Origin: Telmatocola sphagniphila | GTDB taxonomy: Bacteria > Planctomycetota > Planctomycetia > Gemmatales > Gemmataceae | Length of the DNA: 32,000 nucleotides | Direction: 5' to 3' | NCBI RefSeq assembly: GCF_018398935.1 | Contig: NZ_CP074694.1 | Location: 4,350,001 to 4,382,000 of the forward strand | Part shown: positions 8,147-16,974 of the stretch, one piece after another | Layout: each line of letters opens with the position of its first letter | How positions within the stretch are numbered: the first letter of the stretch is position 1 | Notes under the pieces: model-generated | What the model saw: only the letters and a program-made list of their open reading frames with translations | What the model was told of the DNA's origin: nothing | The model's database searches: none | Translations under genes and position numbers: made by a program

Positions 8147-8275
8147 GTTGTAATCTTTGCTCTGGCGTACTTCCTTGGCGACTCGTTTGGTGAGTGCCAG
8201 GACGAAAGCCATATCCTGGAGAATCGCACGGGTCTTGATATCGATCACTTTCTCAGTCTGGATCTTATTAATCAT
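8087..8275 (-). CDS. Hypothetical small helical protein (62 aa)
   Basis: A strong RBS, GGAGAG, sits 4 nt upstream of the ATG at 8275. The translation is MINKIQTEKVIDIKTRAILQDMAFVLALTKRVAKEVRQSKDYNLVEAQRAWSEEENSMIIAA. I recognise no family. Confidence 0.5.
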   Translation of the reverse strand: MINKIQTEKVIDIKTRAILQDMAFVLALTKRVAKEVRQSKDYNLVEAQRAWSEEENSMIIAA

Positions 8276-8558
8276 GTTACTCTCCAGTTCGGGGGTGGTT
8301 AACTTTACGAAGAACTTCTATTGCAGCAGGCATGCCAGTACGCCAAAAAAAGACGATATTTGTCGCAAGTCTCAATCAGATAGTCACTTGCGGAATCGGC
8401 AATTTGACGGGAAGGATTTTGTAAGGAAGTACATTTTGCAACTTGAGAGAAACCGTACAAAATACCTAGGGAAATTGTGCAATTGACCCCACGAATTTAC
8501 ATTTCCTTTCTCGTTCGCCTGCTGTTAAACTGGCAAAAATTGGAAAAGGACCTCTCCC

Positions 8559-9899
8559 ATGAATCGGCGTCAATTTATCGCCTCGAGTTCTGCTCTCCTG
8601 GGCTCCTCCGCCACTTCGGCCGTTTGGGGCTCCGAAGATAAAAAACCTCGCGTCGGCGTCATCGGCACTGGCTGGTATGGCAAGTGCGATCTGTTTCGAA
8701 TGATCCAAGTCGCCCCGGTAGACGTTGTCTCTATCTGCGATGTCGACGAACATATGCTCACCGACGCCGCGGATCAGATCTCTCAGCGGCAGCTGTCTAA
8801 AAAGAAACCCCGGACCTATCGCGACTATCGCAAGATGCTGGCCGAGAAGGATCTGGATATCGTCCTCATAGGTACTCCGGATCACTGGCACCCACTCACA
8901 GCTATCGAAGCCATGAAGGCGGGCGCCGACATCTACGTTCAGAAACCGATTAGCGTCGATGTTCTTGAAGGTAAAGCCATGCTCGATGCGGCCCGCAAAT
9001 ACAAGCGGGTCGTTCAAGTGGGAACGCAACGCCGGAGCACGCCGCACCTGATCGAAGCGCGCGACAAGGTGGTGAAGGCGGGCCTGCTCGGAACGATCGG
9101 GCAAGTCGACATCTACTGTTACTATCACATGCGCAATAACGGTAACCCGCCTCAGATGCCGGTTCCCGAATATTTCGACTACGATATGTGGACCGGCCCG
9201 GCACCGCTAAGACCTTTCGACAAGATGCCGCATCGCGGTTGGTGGCGCACCTTTATGGAATATGGCAACGGCATTGTCGGGGACATGTGCATTCACATGC
9301 TCGATATGGTTCGCTGGATGCTCGATCTCGGCTGGCCCAAGAGTGTCTCGTCGAACGGTGGGATTCTCATCCAAAAAGGGGGCAAGTCGAACATAACTGA
9401 CACCCAGACGGCCACGTTCGATTACGAAAAATTCCCTATCGTCTGGAATCATCGCACCTGGGGGCCGCCGGTCGATCCCGATTATCCGTGGGGAGCCACC
9501 CTCTATGGAGAAAAGGGTACGCTCAAACTTTCCGTGAATAAGTATGAATTCTTCCCGGCCGGTCGAAATAAACCGACATTGAGTGGCACGCCGTTATTCG
9601 AGTACGAAAAGTATCCCGAAGACAAAACCGAGAAGGATCTGGAACAGCACGTCGCCTCCGCCATTCGGGGCCATATGCGCGATTTCTTGAAAGCCATCGC
9701 CGAGCGGGGCAAACCTGTCGCCGACATCGAACAAGGCTATATCTCCACCGCCAGCTGCATCTTGGCCAACGTCGCTTTGCAGGTCGGCCGAACCCTCACC
9801 TGGGATCCGGTAAAGAATCGGGTAATAGGCGACGATGATGCCAACAAACTGCTGAAACGGCCCTATCGCGGGCCCTGGGAACACCCCGCCAACTCGTAG
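8559..9899 (+). CDS. Gfo/Idh/MocA family NAD(P)-dependent oxidoreductase with Tat signal
   Basis: The twin-arginine signal is MNRRQFIASSSALLGSSA. The Rossmann start VGVIGTGWYG and the motifs GTPDHWH and YVQKP are typical of periplasmic Gfo/Idh/MocA enzymes, which are abundant in Planctomycetota. Confidence 0.85.
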   Translation: MNRRQFIASSSALLGSSATSAVWGSEDKKPRVGVIGTGWYGKCDLFRMIQVAPVDVVSICDVDEHMLTDAADQISQRQLSKKKPRTYRDYRKMLAEKDLDIVLIGTPDHWHPLTAIEAMKAGADIYVQKPISVDVLEGKAMLDAARKYKRVVQVGTQRRSTPHLIEARDKVVKAGLLGTIGQVDIYCYYHMRNNGNPPQMPVPEYFDYDMWTGPAPLRPFDKMPHRGWWRTFMEYGNGIVGDMCIHMLDMVRWMLDLGWPKSVSSNGGILIQKGGKSNITDTQTATFDYEKFPIVWNHRTWGPPVDPDYPWGATLYGEKGTLKLSVNKYEFFPAGRNKPTLSGTPLFEYEKYPEDKTEKDLEQHVASAIRGHMRDFLKAIAERGKPVADIEQGYISTASCILANVALQVGRTLTWDPVKNRVIGDDDANKLLKRPYRGPWEHPANS

Positions 9900-9966
9900 T
9901 CAGATGCGATGAATCTGTTACGACATCTTTTAGCGCAGGCGTAACGCCTGCAGACGAGGTTTGCTT

Positions 9967-12012
9967 ATGCGCCGATTCCTGTTCGGTATACTGTTCACCG
10001 CCCTGGCCGGTATCTGCTACGCCGATGGGCCGCAGGATAACCAGTTCGACAAGGTTCGTCCGGTGCCGCCCCCCGGTGTAAAAATCGAGGACGAGGCTCG
10101 CAAGGAACTGGAATCGGGCGTTTCCGCACTCCAAACGGAAGTCGATAAGCTCGCCCAATCGACCGATGCTCTAGTGAAATTGAATCTGCCCGATGTGCAA
10201 ATCTATTTGAATGCCGTCAAGTACGCCCTGAAGTATGATGAGTTTCTGATAAACGCACCGAACATCTCTCCGACCACCAAGTCCGGGGAAAAGAAAACCA
10301 AAGATCAGATCGAAGCGGAACGCAAAGCGGCCCTCGAAAGAGCCGCCAAAGGTCAGGTCGATCTGGCCCGTAAAGCTTTGAAAAACGGTCTTCAGCGAGC
10401 CAAGGAACTGCAAGACAAAAAGCCTTCCTGGTCAACGGCCAAGGGACTCGTCCCGCGCGGCTACCAGTCCAAAATCGATGAATCGGTTCAGCCGTATGTG
10501 CTGGTGGTGCCCGAATCTTACGATCCCAAGAAACCTACTCGGCTTGACTTCTGGTGCCACGGGCGAGGCGAAACGCTAAGCGAACTGAACTTCCTGCAAA
10601 CCGGGAAAGGCCAATTCACTCCGCCGAACGCGATTGTCTGCCATCTCTACGGCCGCTTCTGCTGCGCCAACAAGCTGGCGGGGGAAATCGATTTGCTCGA
10701 AGCCCTTGCGGATATTTCGAAAAAGTACAACATCGACTCGAACCGACTCGTCGTTCGCGGCTTCAGCATGGGAGGTGCCTCCACCTGGCATTTCGCGGTG
10801 CACTATCCGAGTCTGTTTTGTGCGGCGGCTCCTGGAGCCGGCTTCAGCGAGACGCCGGAGTTCCTCAAGGTCTTCCAGAACGAGAAGATCACTCCGACCG
10901 ATTACGAACAAAAACTTTGGCACATGTACAACGCCACCGACACGGCTCTCAATCTCTTCAATATTCCGACGATCGCTTATAGCGGCGAAATCGACAGCCA
11001 GAAGCAGGCCGCCGATATGATGGTGAAGGCCCTCGATAAAGAAGGGATGCAGATTCCCCATATCATCGGGCCCAAAACAGGACACTCCTACCACAAGGAT
11101 GCGATTCCGCTCATCAATAAATTTGTCGACGAAGCGGCTGAAAAAGGAAAGCCCGACATGCCTGAGACGGTGAAATTCGCGACTTTCACCCTGCGCTACA
11201 ACAAGAGTTACTGGGTACAGATCGATGAACTGGAACAGCACTGGGAACAGGCCAGGGTGATTGCTAATTTGAAGGCGATGGGCACCCAATGCACAATTGA
11301 AACGAAGAATGTCGCTGCCTTAACTCTTGTCGATCTAAAAGCAGAAGGTACTACACTGCACGTTCTCATCGATGGGACCCCATTCCAAATCGAGCGAGTT
11401 GCAGGCAATAAAGCTGACTCCTTCCACTTCCGAAAAGATAAAGGAGCCTGGAAAGTTGTCAATTCTCCAGAACATTCGGGTTTGCATAAAGTGCATGGTC
11501 TGCAAGGCCCGATCGATGACGCCTTCCTCGATCGCTTCATCCTTGTAAAACCGACGGGTAAATCCGCGAATGCCGATGTGGAAAAATGGGTGAACGAGGA
11601 GATGAATCGAGCCATCATGCAATGGCGAAAAGTGTTCCGGGGCGAACCGCTGGTGAAGGACGACAAGGATATCACCGAAGCTGATATCAAGTCGAGCAAT
11701 TTGATCCTGTGGGGCGATCCCCAGAGCAATTCGGTCTATGCGAAGATCGCCGACAAGCTGCCCATTCAGCCGAAAGCCGATGCCCCCAAGATTGTGCCAC
11801 TCCTGATCTACCCGAATCCGCTGAATCCCAAGAAATATATCGTGACCAACAGCGGCTTCACCTTCCGCGAGTACGATGCACTGAACAACGCCCGGCAGGT
11901 GCCCAAGTTGCCCGATTGGGCTCTGGTGGACATCAGCACGCCGCCAAATGGTCGTTATCCCGGCAAGGTGGTGGAAGCGGGATTCTTCGATGAATCCTGG
12001 AAGAAGAAGTAA
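9967..12012 (+). CDS. Secreted alpha/beta-hydrolase (S9 prolyl-oligopeptidase / esterase-like serine hydrolase)
   Basis: The signal peptide is MRRFLFGILFTALAGICYA. The nucleophile elbow is GFSMGG, followed by YSGEIDSQ (Asp) and GPKTGHSY (His), in the order Ser-Asp-His. I take the ATG at 9967 as the start; the track uses TTG at 9961. Confidence 0.7.
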   Translation: MRRFLFGILFTALAGICYADGPQDNQFDKVRPVPPPGVKIEDEARKELESGVSALQTEVDKLAQSTDALVKLNLPDVQIYLNAVKYALKYDEFLINAPNISPTTKSGEKKTKDQIEAERKAALERAAKGQVDLARKALKNGLQRAKELQDKKPSWSTAKGLVPRGYQSKIDESVQPYVLVVPESYDPKKPTRLDFWCHGRGETLSELNFLQTGKGQFTPPNAIVCHLYGRFCCANKLAGEIDLLEALADISKKYNIDSNRLVVRGFSMGGASTWHFAVHYPSLFCAAAPGAGFSETPEFLKVFQNEKITPTDYEQKLWHMYNATDTALNLFNIPTIAYSGEIDSQKQAADMMVKALDKEGMQIPHIIGPKTGHSYHKDAIPLINKFVDEAAEKGKPDMPETVKFATFTLRYNKSYWVQIDELEQHWEQARVIANLKAMGTQCTIETKNVAALTLVDLKAEGTTLHVLIDGTPFQIERVAGNKADSFHFRKDKGAWKVVNSPEHSGLHKVHGLQGPIDDAFLDRFILVKPTGKSANADVEKWVNEEMNRAIMQWRKVFRGEPLVKDDKDITEADIKSSNLILWGDPQSNSVYAKIADKLPIQPKADAPKIVPLLIYPNPLNPKKYIVTNSGFTFREYDALNNARQVPKLPDWALVDISTPPNGRYPGKVVEAGFFDESWKKK

Positions 12013-12021
12013 ATACAGCGC

Positions 12022-12049
12022 GAGGCCTCCCGAGCAATCGGGAGGCCTC
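12022..12049. terminator. Bidirectional hairpin terminator between convergent genes
   Basis: A perfect 12-bp stem pairs GAGGCCTCCCGA with TCGGGAGGCCTC around the loop GCAA. It lies between the stop codons at 12012 (+) and 12058 (-). Confidence 0.7.
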
Positions 12050-12057
12050 AGCTTTGC

Positions 12058-13476
12058 CTAAAGCAGATAGATCTTCGAGAGAGAGAAGAAGATCACAATT
12101 CCTGTCACATCCACAAAGGTGGCCACAAACGGGCTGGAAGCGTATGCCGGGTCAAAACCCAACTTCTTGAAAATCAACGGTAGCATGGCGCCCACCATCG
12201 TTCCCCAGAGACAGATGCAAACCACTGCCTGCGAAACCGTATGAGCCAGCATAAAACGGTTCACTTTTTCCGGGGGTGCTTCATTCTCCTTGGCCTCGGC
12301 CGCTTCGACCTTGGCGGGGGGATTGATCACACTCTCTGGCGTCAGACTGGCCCGGGCAAAGCCGATTACGCCCAGCGTTAGACCCAGCATGATACCCATT
12401 ACCAATTCGTGACGCAAAACCCGGAACCAGTCGCCAAGTTTGATATGCCCTAAGGCCAGTGCTCGCGTCACGAGGGTCGCCGCCTGCGAACCGGAGTTAC
12501 CTCCCGTGGAGATGCAGAGCGGAATGAACAGAGCCAGCACGGTGAGTTTGTCGAGTTGATCCTGAAAGTGTGCAATCGCGGAGAATGTTCCCAGTTCGGC
12601 CAGAAAGAGTAGCGATAACCAGACGGCTCGCCGACGCCAGATGGAGGTAAACTTCGCCTCCAGATAGTTTTCCGCCAGATTCCCCACACCGGCCATGTGC
12701 AGAGCATCTTCCGTAGCTTCCTGGGTCACCACGTCGATGGCATCGTCGTAGGTAACGATTCCAACCAGACGATTCTGTTCATCCGTCACCGGCATGGCCA
12801 GGAAGTCGTACTTGGCCAGCAGTTGGGCCACTTCCTCTTTATCCTGAGTCACCTTCACGGAAATGACACGATCAGACATGATATCCCTCACCCGTGAATC
12901 GGGTTTCGCGATAATCAAGTCTCGAAGTGAGACGATCCCCTGCAAGTGATAGTAATCGTCGAGGACGTAAAGGTAGTAAATCGTTTCCGAAGAGGGGGAT
13001 TTCTCTCGAAGCATGCTAATCGCCTGCTCGGCGGTCATATTTTCCGAGATCGAAACGAAATCCGTCGTCATCATCCCGCCGGCCGTGTTCTCCGGGTAGG
13101 ATAATAACTTCTTGATGTCGTCGCGATCCGCCTTGGCCACTAAAGGCATTAACGCTTCGACGAACTTCGGCCCGAGTTTACGCAGCAGGTTCCCGCGGTC
13201 ATCGTGGGACATCTTTTCCAATACAGGAGCGAAACGTTCGTGGTTCACTCCCTCGGCCAATTCCAGTTGATGCTGGGGCGTATAGAAAGCAAAGATATTC
13301 GCTTGCTGCTGACTATCGGTGTAATCGAGCAGCTTCCAGGTTTCCTCCGTCGATAGCCCTTCGGAAAACTCGGCGATACTCGCCGGGTGAGTTTCGGAAA
13401 GAACGTCGGAGAGTCCCTCGCGATCAGCGGTGTCCAACATTTCGCGAATTTCAGGCAGAAATAAAGAATTAATCAC
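12058..13476 (-). CDS. mgtE: Magnesium transporter MgtE
   Basis: The N-domain contains HPASIAEF. Two CBS-like regions follow. The membrane domain contains FIPLCISTGGNSGSQAATLVTRALALG, matching the MgtE signature GGNxGxQ. I place the start at GTG 13476, or ATG 13440. The track's longer ORF to 13581 would overlap the upstream gene. Confidence 0.88.
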   Translation of the reverse strand: MINSLFLPEIREMLDTADREGLSDVLSETHPASIAEFSEGLSTEETWKLLDYTDSQQQANIFAFYTPQHQLELAEGVNHERFAPVLEKMSHDDRGNLLRKLGPKFVEALMPLVAKADRDDIKKLLSYPENTAGGMMTTDFVSISENMTAEQAISMLREKSPSSETIYYLYVLDDYYHLQGIVSLRDLIIAKPDSRVRDIMSDRVISVKVTQDKEEVAQLLAKYDFLAMPVTDEQNRLVGIVTYDDAIDVVTQEATEDALHMAGVGNLAENYLEAKFTSIWRRRAVWLSLLFLAELGTFSAIAHFQDQLDKLTVLALFIPLCISTGGNSGSQAATLVTRALALGHIKLGDWFRVLRHELVMGIMLGLTLGVIGFARASLTPESVINPPAKVEAAEAKENEAPPEKVNRFMLAHTVSQAVVCICLWGTMVGAMLPLIFKKLGFDPAYASSPFVATFVDVTGIVIFFSLSKIYLL

Positions 13477-13520
13477 AGCATACCCGCAATTTAGTAGCCA
13501 AATAAGTTCTGGGTAAATTA

Positions 13521-14177
13521 TCAGACTTCCGGTGTCTCTACTACACCAATTAGGCTGGCGGCAGGCACCCACCCATAACAACCCGGTGCATACTGAACTT
13601 GCACCCAGGAAGAAGTCTGTCGAATTTTAGTGAAGGTGTGCCCGACCGGGAAATTCGCTGGCAGTACCGGCGGATAAAGTGCACTATTCCCCTGCCGGAC
13701 CAGAAGTGATTCCTTAAGAACTACCAAGGGTTGGCGAAAAAACGTCTGGGATTTCTTTTCCTGATAAAGTGCGAGTTGGCCGAGCAAGATTAGGGGCCCT
13801 GCGCCCAGAAGAAACAGCAGCGACCGGGACGGCTGCCGCAAGCCAATTCGGTAGAGGAAGACCGCAAGAATCGTTCCCAGCGTCGCCCAGATCGCCAACT
13901 TCACAAGGCTGGGTAACAACTGAAAATGGTTGAATTGCGGTGCGCGATACGAAACCAAAGCATCCGGATAAATAATCTCCGACTGTAGTTTATCCCAGAG
14001 CTGTCGAAGAGCGCGGCTATCGGACCCCGCCGATGTTTCTTTCAATCTTCCGGCCGTCTGGGCGATGAGATTCGGAAAGCTATCGACGACTTCCTTCAGA
14101 GGAACTTCTGGTCCCAACTCGCCAGTGGAATGTAGGGGAGCATTGACCAAAGCGAACATCAAAAGAACTTGCTTCAT
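13521..14177 (-). CDS. BatE-like membrane protein with C-terminal bacterial SH3 domain
   Basis: The protein has a signal peptide (MKQVLLMFALVNAPL), internal hydrophobic spans and a C-terminal SH3b-like stretch, TSSWVQVQYAPGCYGWVPAASL. Its ATG overlaps the upstream stop in an ATGA arrangement. The position after a BatD-like gene matches the Bat operon order. Confidence 0.6.
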   Translation of the reverse strand: MKQVLLMFALVNAPLHSTGELGPEVPLKEVVDSFPNLIAQTAGRLKETSAGSDSRALRQLWDKLQSEIIYPDALVSYRAPQFNHFQLLPSLVKLAIWATLGTILAVFLYRIGLRQPSRSLLFLLGAGPLILLGQLALYQEKKSQTFFRQPLVVLKESLLVRQGNSALYPPVLPANFPVGHTFTKIRQTSSWVQVQYAPGCYGWVPAASLIGVVETPEV

Positions 14178-15112
14178 GGAGATTCGCCTCCCAAAGAAGC
14201 GATCAATTGGTCGAATTTCTCGGGCCAGTTCGAGGCGATTTTCATCCCACCGAACATCGCGGCGTCCGTCTGTTCTAAAAATTGCCGAGTTGGCTCCTGA
14301 GCCTTTGAGGGAACAGCATTCTTCAAAATCTGAAGCACTTCATTGGTCGATTGAATGGCCGGATCGAACTGATAGCGCCGCTGCAAATACTGCAAGACGA
14401 TTCTGCGAGCCCGCTCGGCCTGCTCATCCGCTGCTAAATTCTGCCAACTCAGCAACCGTTGGCGGATCAGCGAAACCCGGGTATGTCCCACTTTCCGACG
14501 AGCTTCAAACAGCAAAACGCCAACGAGGAGTATCGGGCTACCCAAAGCGAGGGGAAGCAAAATCAGATAATTGCGGTCGAAGAATTTCTCCGTGGAACTT
14601 TCCGAGCGCAGCCAATCCTCTATCAAGTTCGCTGCCGGAGTTTTGAGATTAACTTCCTTGGCTGCAGTGATCGCTAGCGGTATCGAGCTGGCTAAGGTCA
14701 ATCGAAAGGCCGTGTCGGTATTGGAGTCGCGGGGATCGTAGTAATAGAACGCAAACGGGGGAATTTCTCGCACACTCGCCAGTCGAGGGCGTAGCCGGTA
14801 GCGAAAGATCCGCTGGTCGTCCCGGGCTTTATCGCTCTCGGGGAGATGCTCCACTTGAAAGGATTCGCGAAAGCCCGGAATATTTTCCAGCTTCGGCATT
14901 TCCACATCCGGCCGATTCTTGAGTCCGGAAATTTCGAGAGTGTAGGTCACCCACTCTTCAGTAGTGACCGCTGTTTTGTTCGCCCGTGCAAGAACAACCA
15001 CTTTCTCACCGGCGGCGTTATAGAAATCCTGAGCGGGACGACCAACGACCGGGATTTGTATATCTGCACCCTGAGGGATCAGCAGCCCGAGCAGAATTAT
15101 CCAGATTGGCAT
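14174..15112 (-). CDS. BatD-like (oxygen-tolerance family) protein
   Basis: After the signal peptide comes an Ig-like segment, VVVLARANKTAVTTEEWVTYTLEISG...PKLENIPGF, then a C-terminal TM helix and tail. This is the typical BatD layout. Only 3 nt separate it from the upstream TPR gene. Confidence 0.6.
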   Translation of the reverse strand: MPIWIILLGLLIPQGADIQIPVVGRPAQDFYNAAGEKVVVLARANKTAVTTEEWVTYTLEISGLKNRPDVEMPKLENIPGFRESFQVEHLPESDKARDDQRIFRYRLRPRLASVREIPPFAFYYYDPRDSNTDTAFRLTLASSIPLAITAAKEVNLKTPAANLIEDWLRSESSTEKFFDRNYLILLPLALGSPILLVGVLLFEARRKVGHTRVSLIRQRLLSWQNLAADEQAERARRIVLQYLQRRYQFDPAIQSTNEVLQILKNAVPSKAQEPTRQFLEQTDAAMFGGMKIASNWPEKFDQLIASLGGESP

Positions 15113-15115
15113 GAG

Positions 15116-15964
15116 TCACCAGTTATTAGGCCGGGGCCGATCCGCATTGGTGGCCCCTTCGCGAACGCGCTGACGTTCCCCTTTTAATCGCTTCTCCGCG
15201 CTCTTGAGCAGATCCCGGGTCTCTTCTGGATTTAGAGGTTGGGGTTCGCTCGTATCCATTAACACGGGAAGCGAACCGGCCCCGGGTAAAGGCTTGCGAT
15301 CACTCGGCTGCGCGTTCCCCTGGCCTGCTGTCGGCGAGCGGTCTCCGGTTTCGCTTCCATTTGAGGAATTCTCAGTCTTCATGGGCATTGGCTCACGCTC
15401 TGGCGGGGGAGGATCAATCTTGGGATCCGAATTTTTCTCCGGTGGCTCCGGAACGGGGGGAGCTTTGGCTTTGGCCTGCTGATAGAGCAACTGGGCAATT
15501 TGCAGGTTGTACTCCGCATCCGATTTGAAATCGTCGTCTCCAATGCCTGCCTCCAGAGCCGAGGTGAAGCATGCCACGGCCGCATTCAGTCGCTTCACAT
15601 CCTTGTCGTCGGACTGTTTCAATAGGCAGATGCCCAAATTATAAAAAGCCCGAGTCGAACGCTCGCTCTGTCCCTCCGAGCCATCCAGTGCCTGCCGAAA
15701 ACAGCGCTCGGCTAGACTGTAGCGTTCCTGTTTGACGTAGATCACACCGCGGTTGAAAGCTACCAGACCCGGGTCGGCCACCTGCGTAGAGATCTGATCG
15801 TAGTGTTCCAAAGCTTCATCTAGGTGCTGAGTTTCAAAAGCCCGTTGAGCTTTTTGGAGGATGAAATCAGGATTTTCCAGAGTGGGATTCGATTCCAAAA
15901 ACAGAAGCGGAGACAGCAATGAAATGCAAAGGAGAATTCCGGTAGTAATTCCTGCAGAACGCAT
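15116..15964 (-). CDS. TPR-repeat protein (BatC-like) with Pro/Glu-rich C-terminal tail
   Basis: TPR-type repeats include AFNRGVIYVKQERYSLAERCFRQAL and AFYNLGICLLKQ. The hydrophobic N-terminus is MRSAGITTGILLCISLL. I take the ATG at 15964 as the start, 4 nt after the vWA stop. The track's extension to 16150 overlaps the vWA gene. Confidence 0.7.
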   Translation of the reverse strand: MRSAGITTGILLCISLLSPLLFLESNPTLENPDFILQKAQRAFETQHLDEALEHYDQISTQVADPGLVAFNRGVIYVKQERYSLAERCFRQALDGSEGQSERSTRAFYNLGICLLKQSDDKDVKRLNAAVACFTSALEAGIGDDDFKSDAEYNLQIAQLLYQQAKAKAPPVPEPPEKNSDPKIDPPPPEREPMPMKTENSSNGSETGDRSPTAGQGNAQPSDRKPLPGAGSLPVLMDTSEPQPLNPEETRDLLKSAEKRLKGERQRVREGATNADRPRPNNW

Positions 15965-15968
15965 TATT

Positions 15969-16961
15969 TCATTCTCGCCGCCAGGCGAGGCAAAGTAAAG
16001 CAATCGCCGGCAGTACGAACCAGATTCTGCGGTCCTTCGCCTGCGGCAACAGTTCCTCCGGTAGCTCCCGGCTGGGCCGCGGCTCGATCTTATCGCGAAA
16101 GAATTTGTCGAGCGGGGGGAGATCCCGTCCTGCGGAGAAATAAATTCCATCGGTCAACCGGGCGATCGTTCGCAACGGTGCCTCTTCGAGTTTCGTCTGA
16201 ACCGGCACTTCCTCGACGATAATCTGTCCGCCTTCCTTGCTATCTCCCACGCCAACGCAATGCACTGGAATATGCTGCCGACTCGCTGCGATAATGCCGG
16301 TTTCAATTTCGCTGTCGCGGTCCGGGGAAGGATCATCGCCATCGGAGATCAAAATCACATCCTGATAGCCCTCGAAGCGGGGATCGTGCGAATCGACCGC
16401 CAGGCGAACGGCCGATCCGATTCGCGTACCGGAGGTCCAGGGCTCATCGTCATTGGGATATATCCCCGTCGGCGGCGCCGAGAGCGAAATTTCACTGGCA
16501 CGTTGTAGCAAATGGTTGTAATCGACTGTCAGTGGGCAGACCAAAAGCGGTTTGGCGGCAAAGACGATCAGAGCGACGCGATGGCCGCCCCGCGATTTCA
16601 AATCTTCCAGTAGATTGAAAATGGCATCGCGTCCGGCCTGCCAGCGCTGCGGCCGTTGGGGGTTGTTCATATCGGCCGCTTCCATGCTCTTACTCAAATC
16701 GAGAATCAGCACCAGATCCCGGCCACGGATAATCCCCGGCGAGTCATCGATCCCCCAACGTGGACCCGCGAGGGCGATAATCATCAGCGTGATCGCCAGC
16801 AGCATCGGCAGGACAGTCGTGAGCGTCGAGCGCAGGGAATCGGGCCGGTGGAACGTGAAAAATCGCACTCGACCTCGAAGCCGGTGAGTGCGAATCGAAA
16901 GTGAAAGAAGCACCCCGATACTCAACAGGAGCCAGAGATAGCCAGGGTGCGCAAATGTCAT
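15969..16961 (-). CDS. vWA-domain membrane protein (BatA/BatB-like)
   Basis: The N-terminus FAHPGYLWLLLSIGVLL plus a second TM helix resembles BatA. The MIDAS motif is LILDLSKSMEAADM (DxSxS). A C-terminal TM helix is present. Confidence 0.8.
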   Translation of the reverse strand: MTFAHPGYLWLLLSIGVLLSLSIRTHRLRGRVRFFTFHRPDSLRSTLTTVLPMLLAITLMIIALAGPRWGIDDSPGIIRGRDLVLILDLSKSMEAADMNNPQRPQRWQAGRDAIFNLLEDLKSRGGHRVALIVFAAKPLLVCPLTVDYNHLLQRASEISLSAPPTGIYPNDDEPWTSGTRIGSAVRLAVDSHDPRFEGYQDVILISDGDDPSPDRDSEIETGIIAASRQHIPVHCVGVGDSKEGGQIIVEEVPVQTKLEEAPLRTIARLTDGIYFSAGRDLPPLDKFFRDKIEPRPSRELPEELLPQAKDRRIWFVLPAIALLCLAWRRE

Positions 16962-16974
16962 CGAGAAAAGTTTA

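Noticed and set aside
8466-9128. A 220-aa minus-strand ORF
   Set aside because: It is antisense to the Tat-signal Gfo/Idh/MocA gene and has no motifs.
10576-11289. A 237-aa minus-strand ORF
   Set aside because: It is antisense to the alpha/beta-hydrolase gene, which carries an ordered Ser-Asp-His triad.
13477-13520. A search for a Mg-sensing M-box riboswitch upstream of mgtE, and likewise for a cobalamin riboswitch near pduO (4893-5131)
   Set aside because: The mgtE leader is only about 45-80 nt, too short for an M-box. I could not recognise the conserved B12-box in the pduO leader. Neither can be formally excluded without a covariance-model scan such as Infernal/Rfam.
13477-13581. An N-terminal extension of the MgtE ORF (track start at 13581)
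   Set aside because: It would overlap the end of the upstream SH3 gene and adds a Cys/Trp-rich non-MgtE leader. Homology-style reasoning places the start at GTG 13476 or ATG 13440.
15965-16150. An N-terminal extension of the TPR ORF (track start at 16150)
   Set aside because: It overlaps the 3-prime end of the vWA gene in another frame and is R-rich. The ATG at 15964 gives a hydrophobic N-terminus and a 4-nt intergenic gap.
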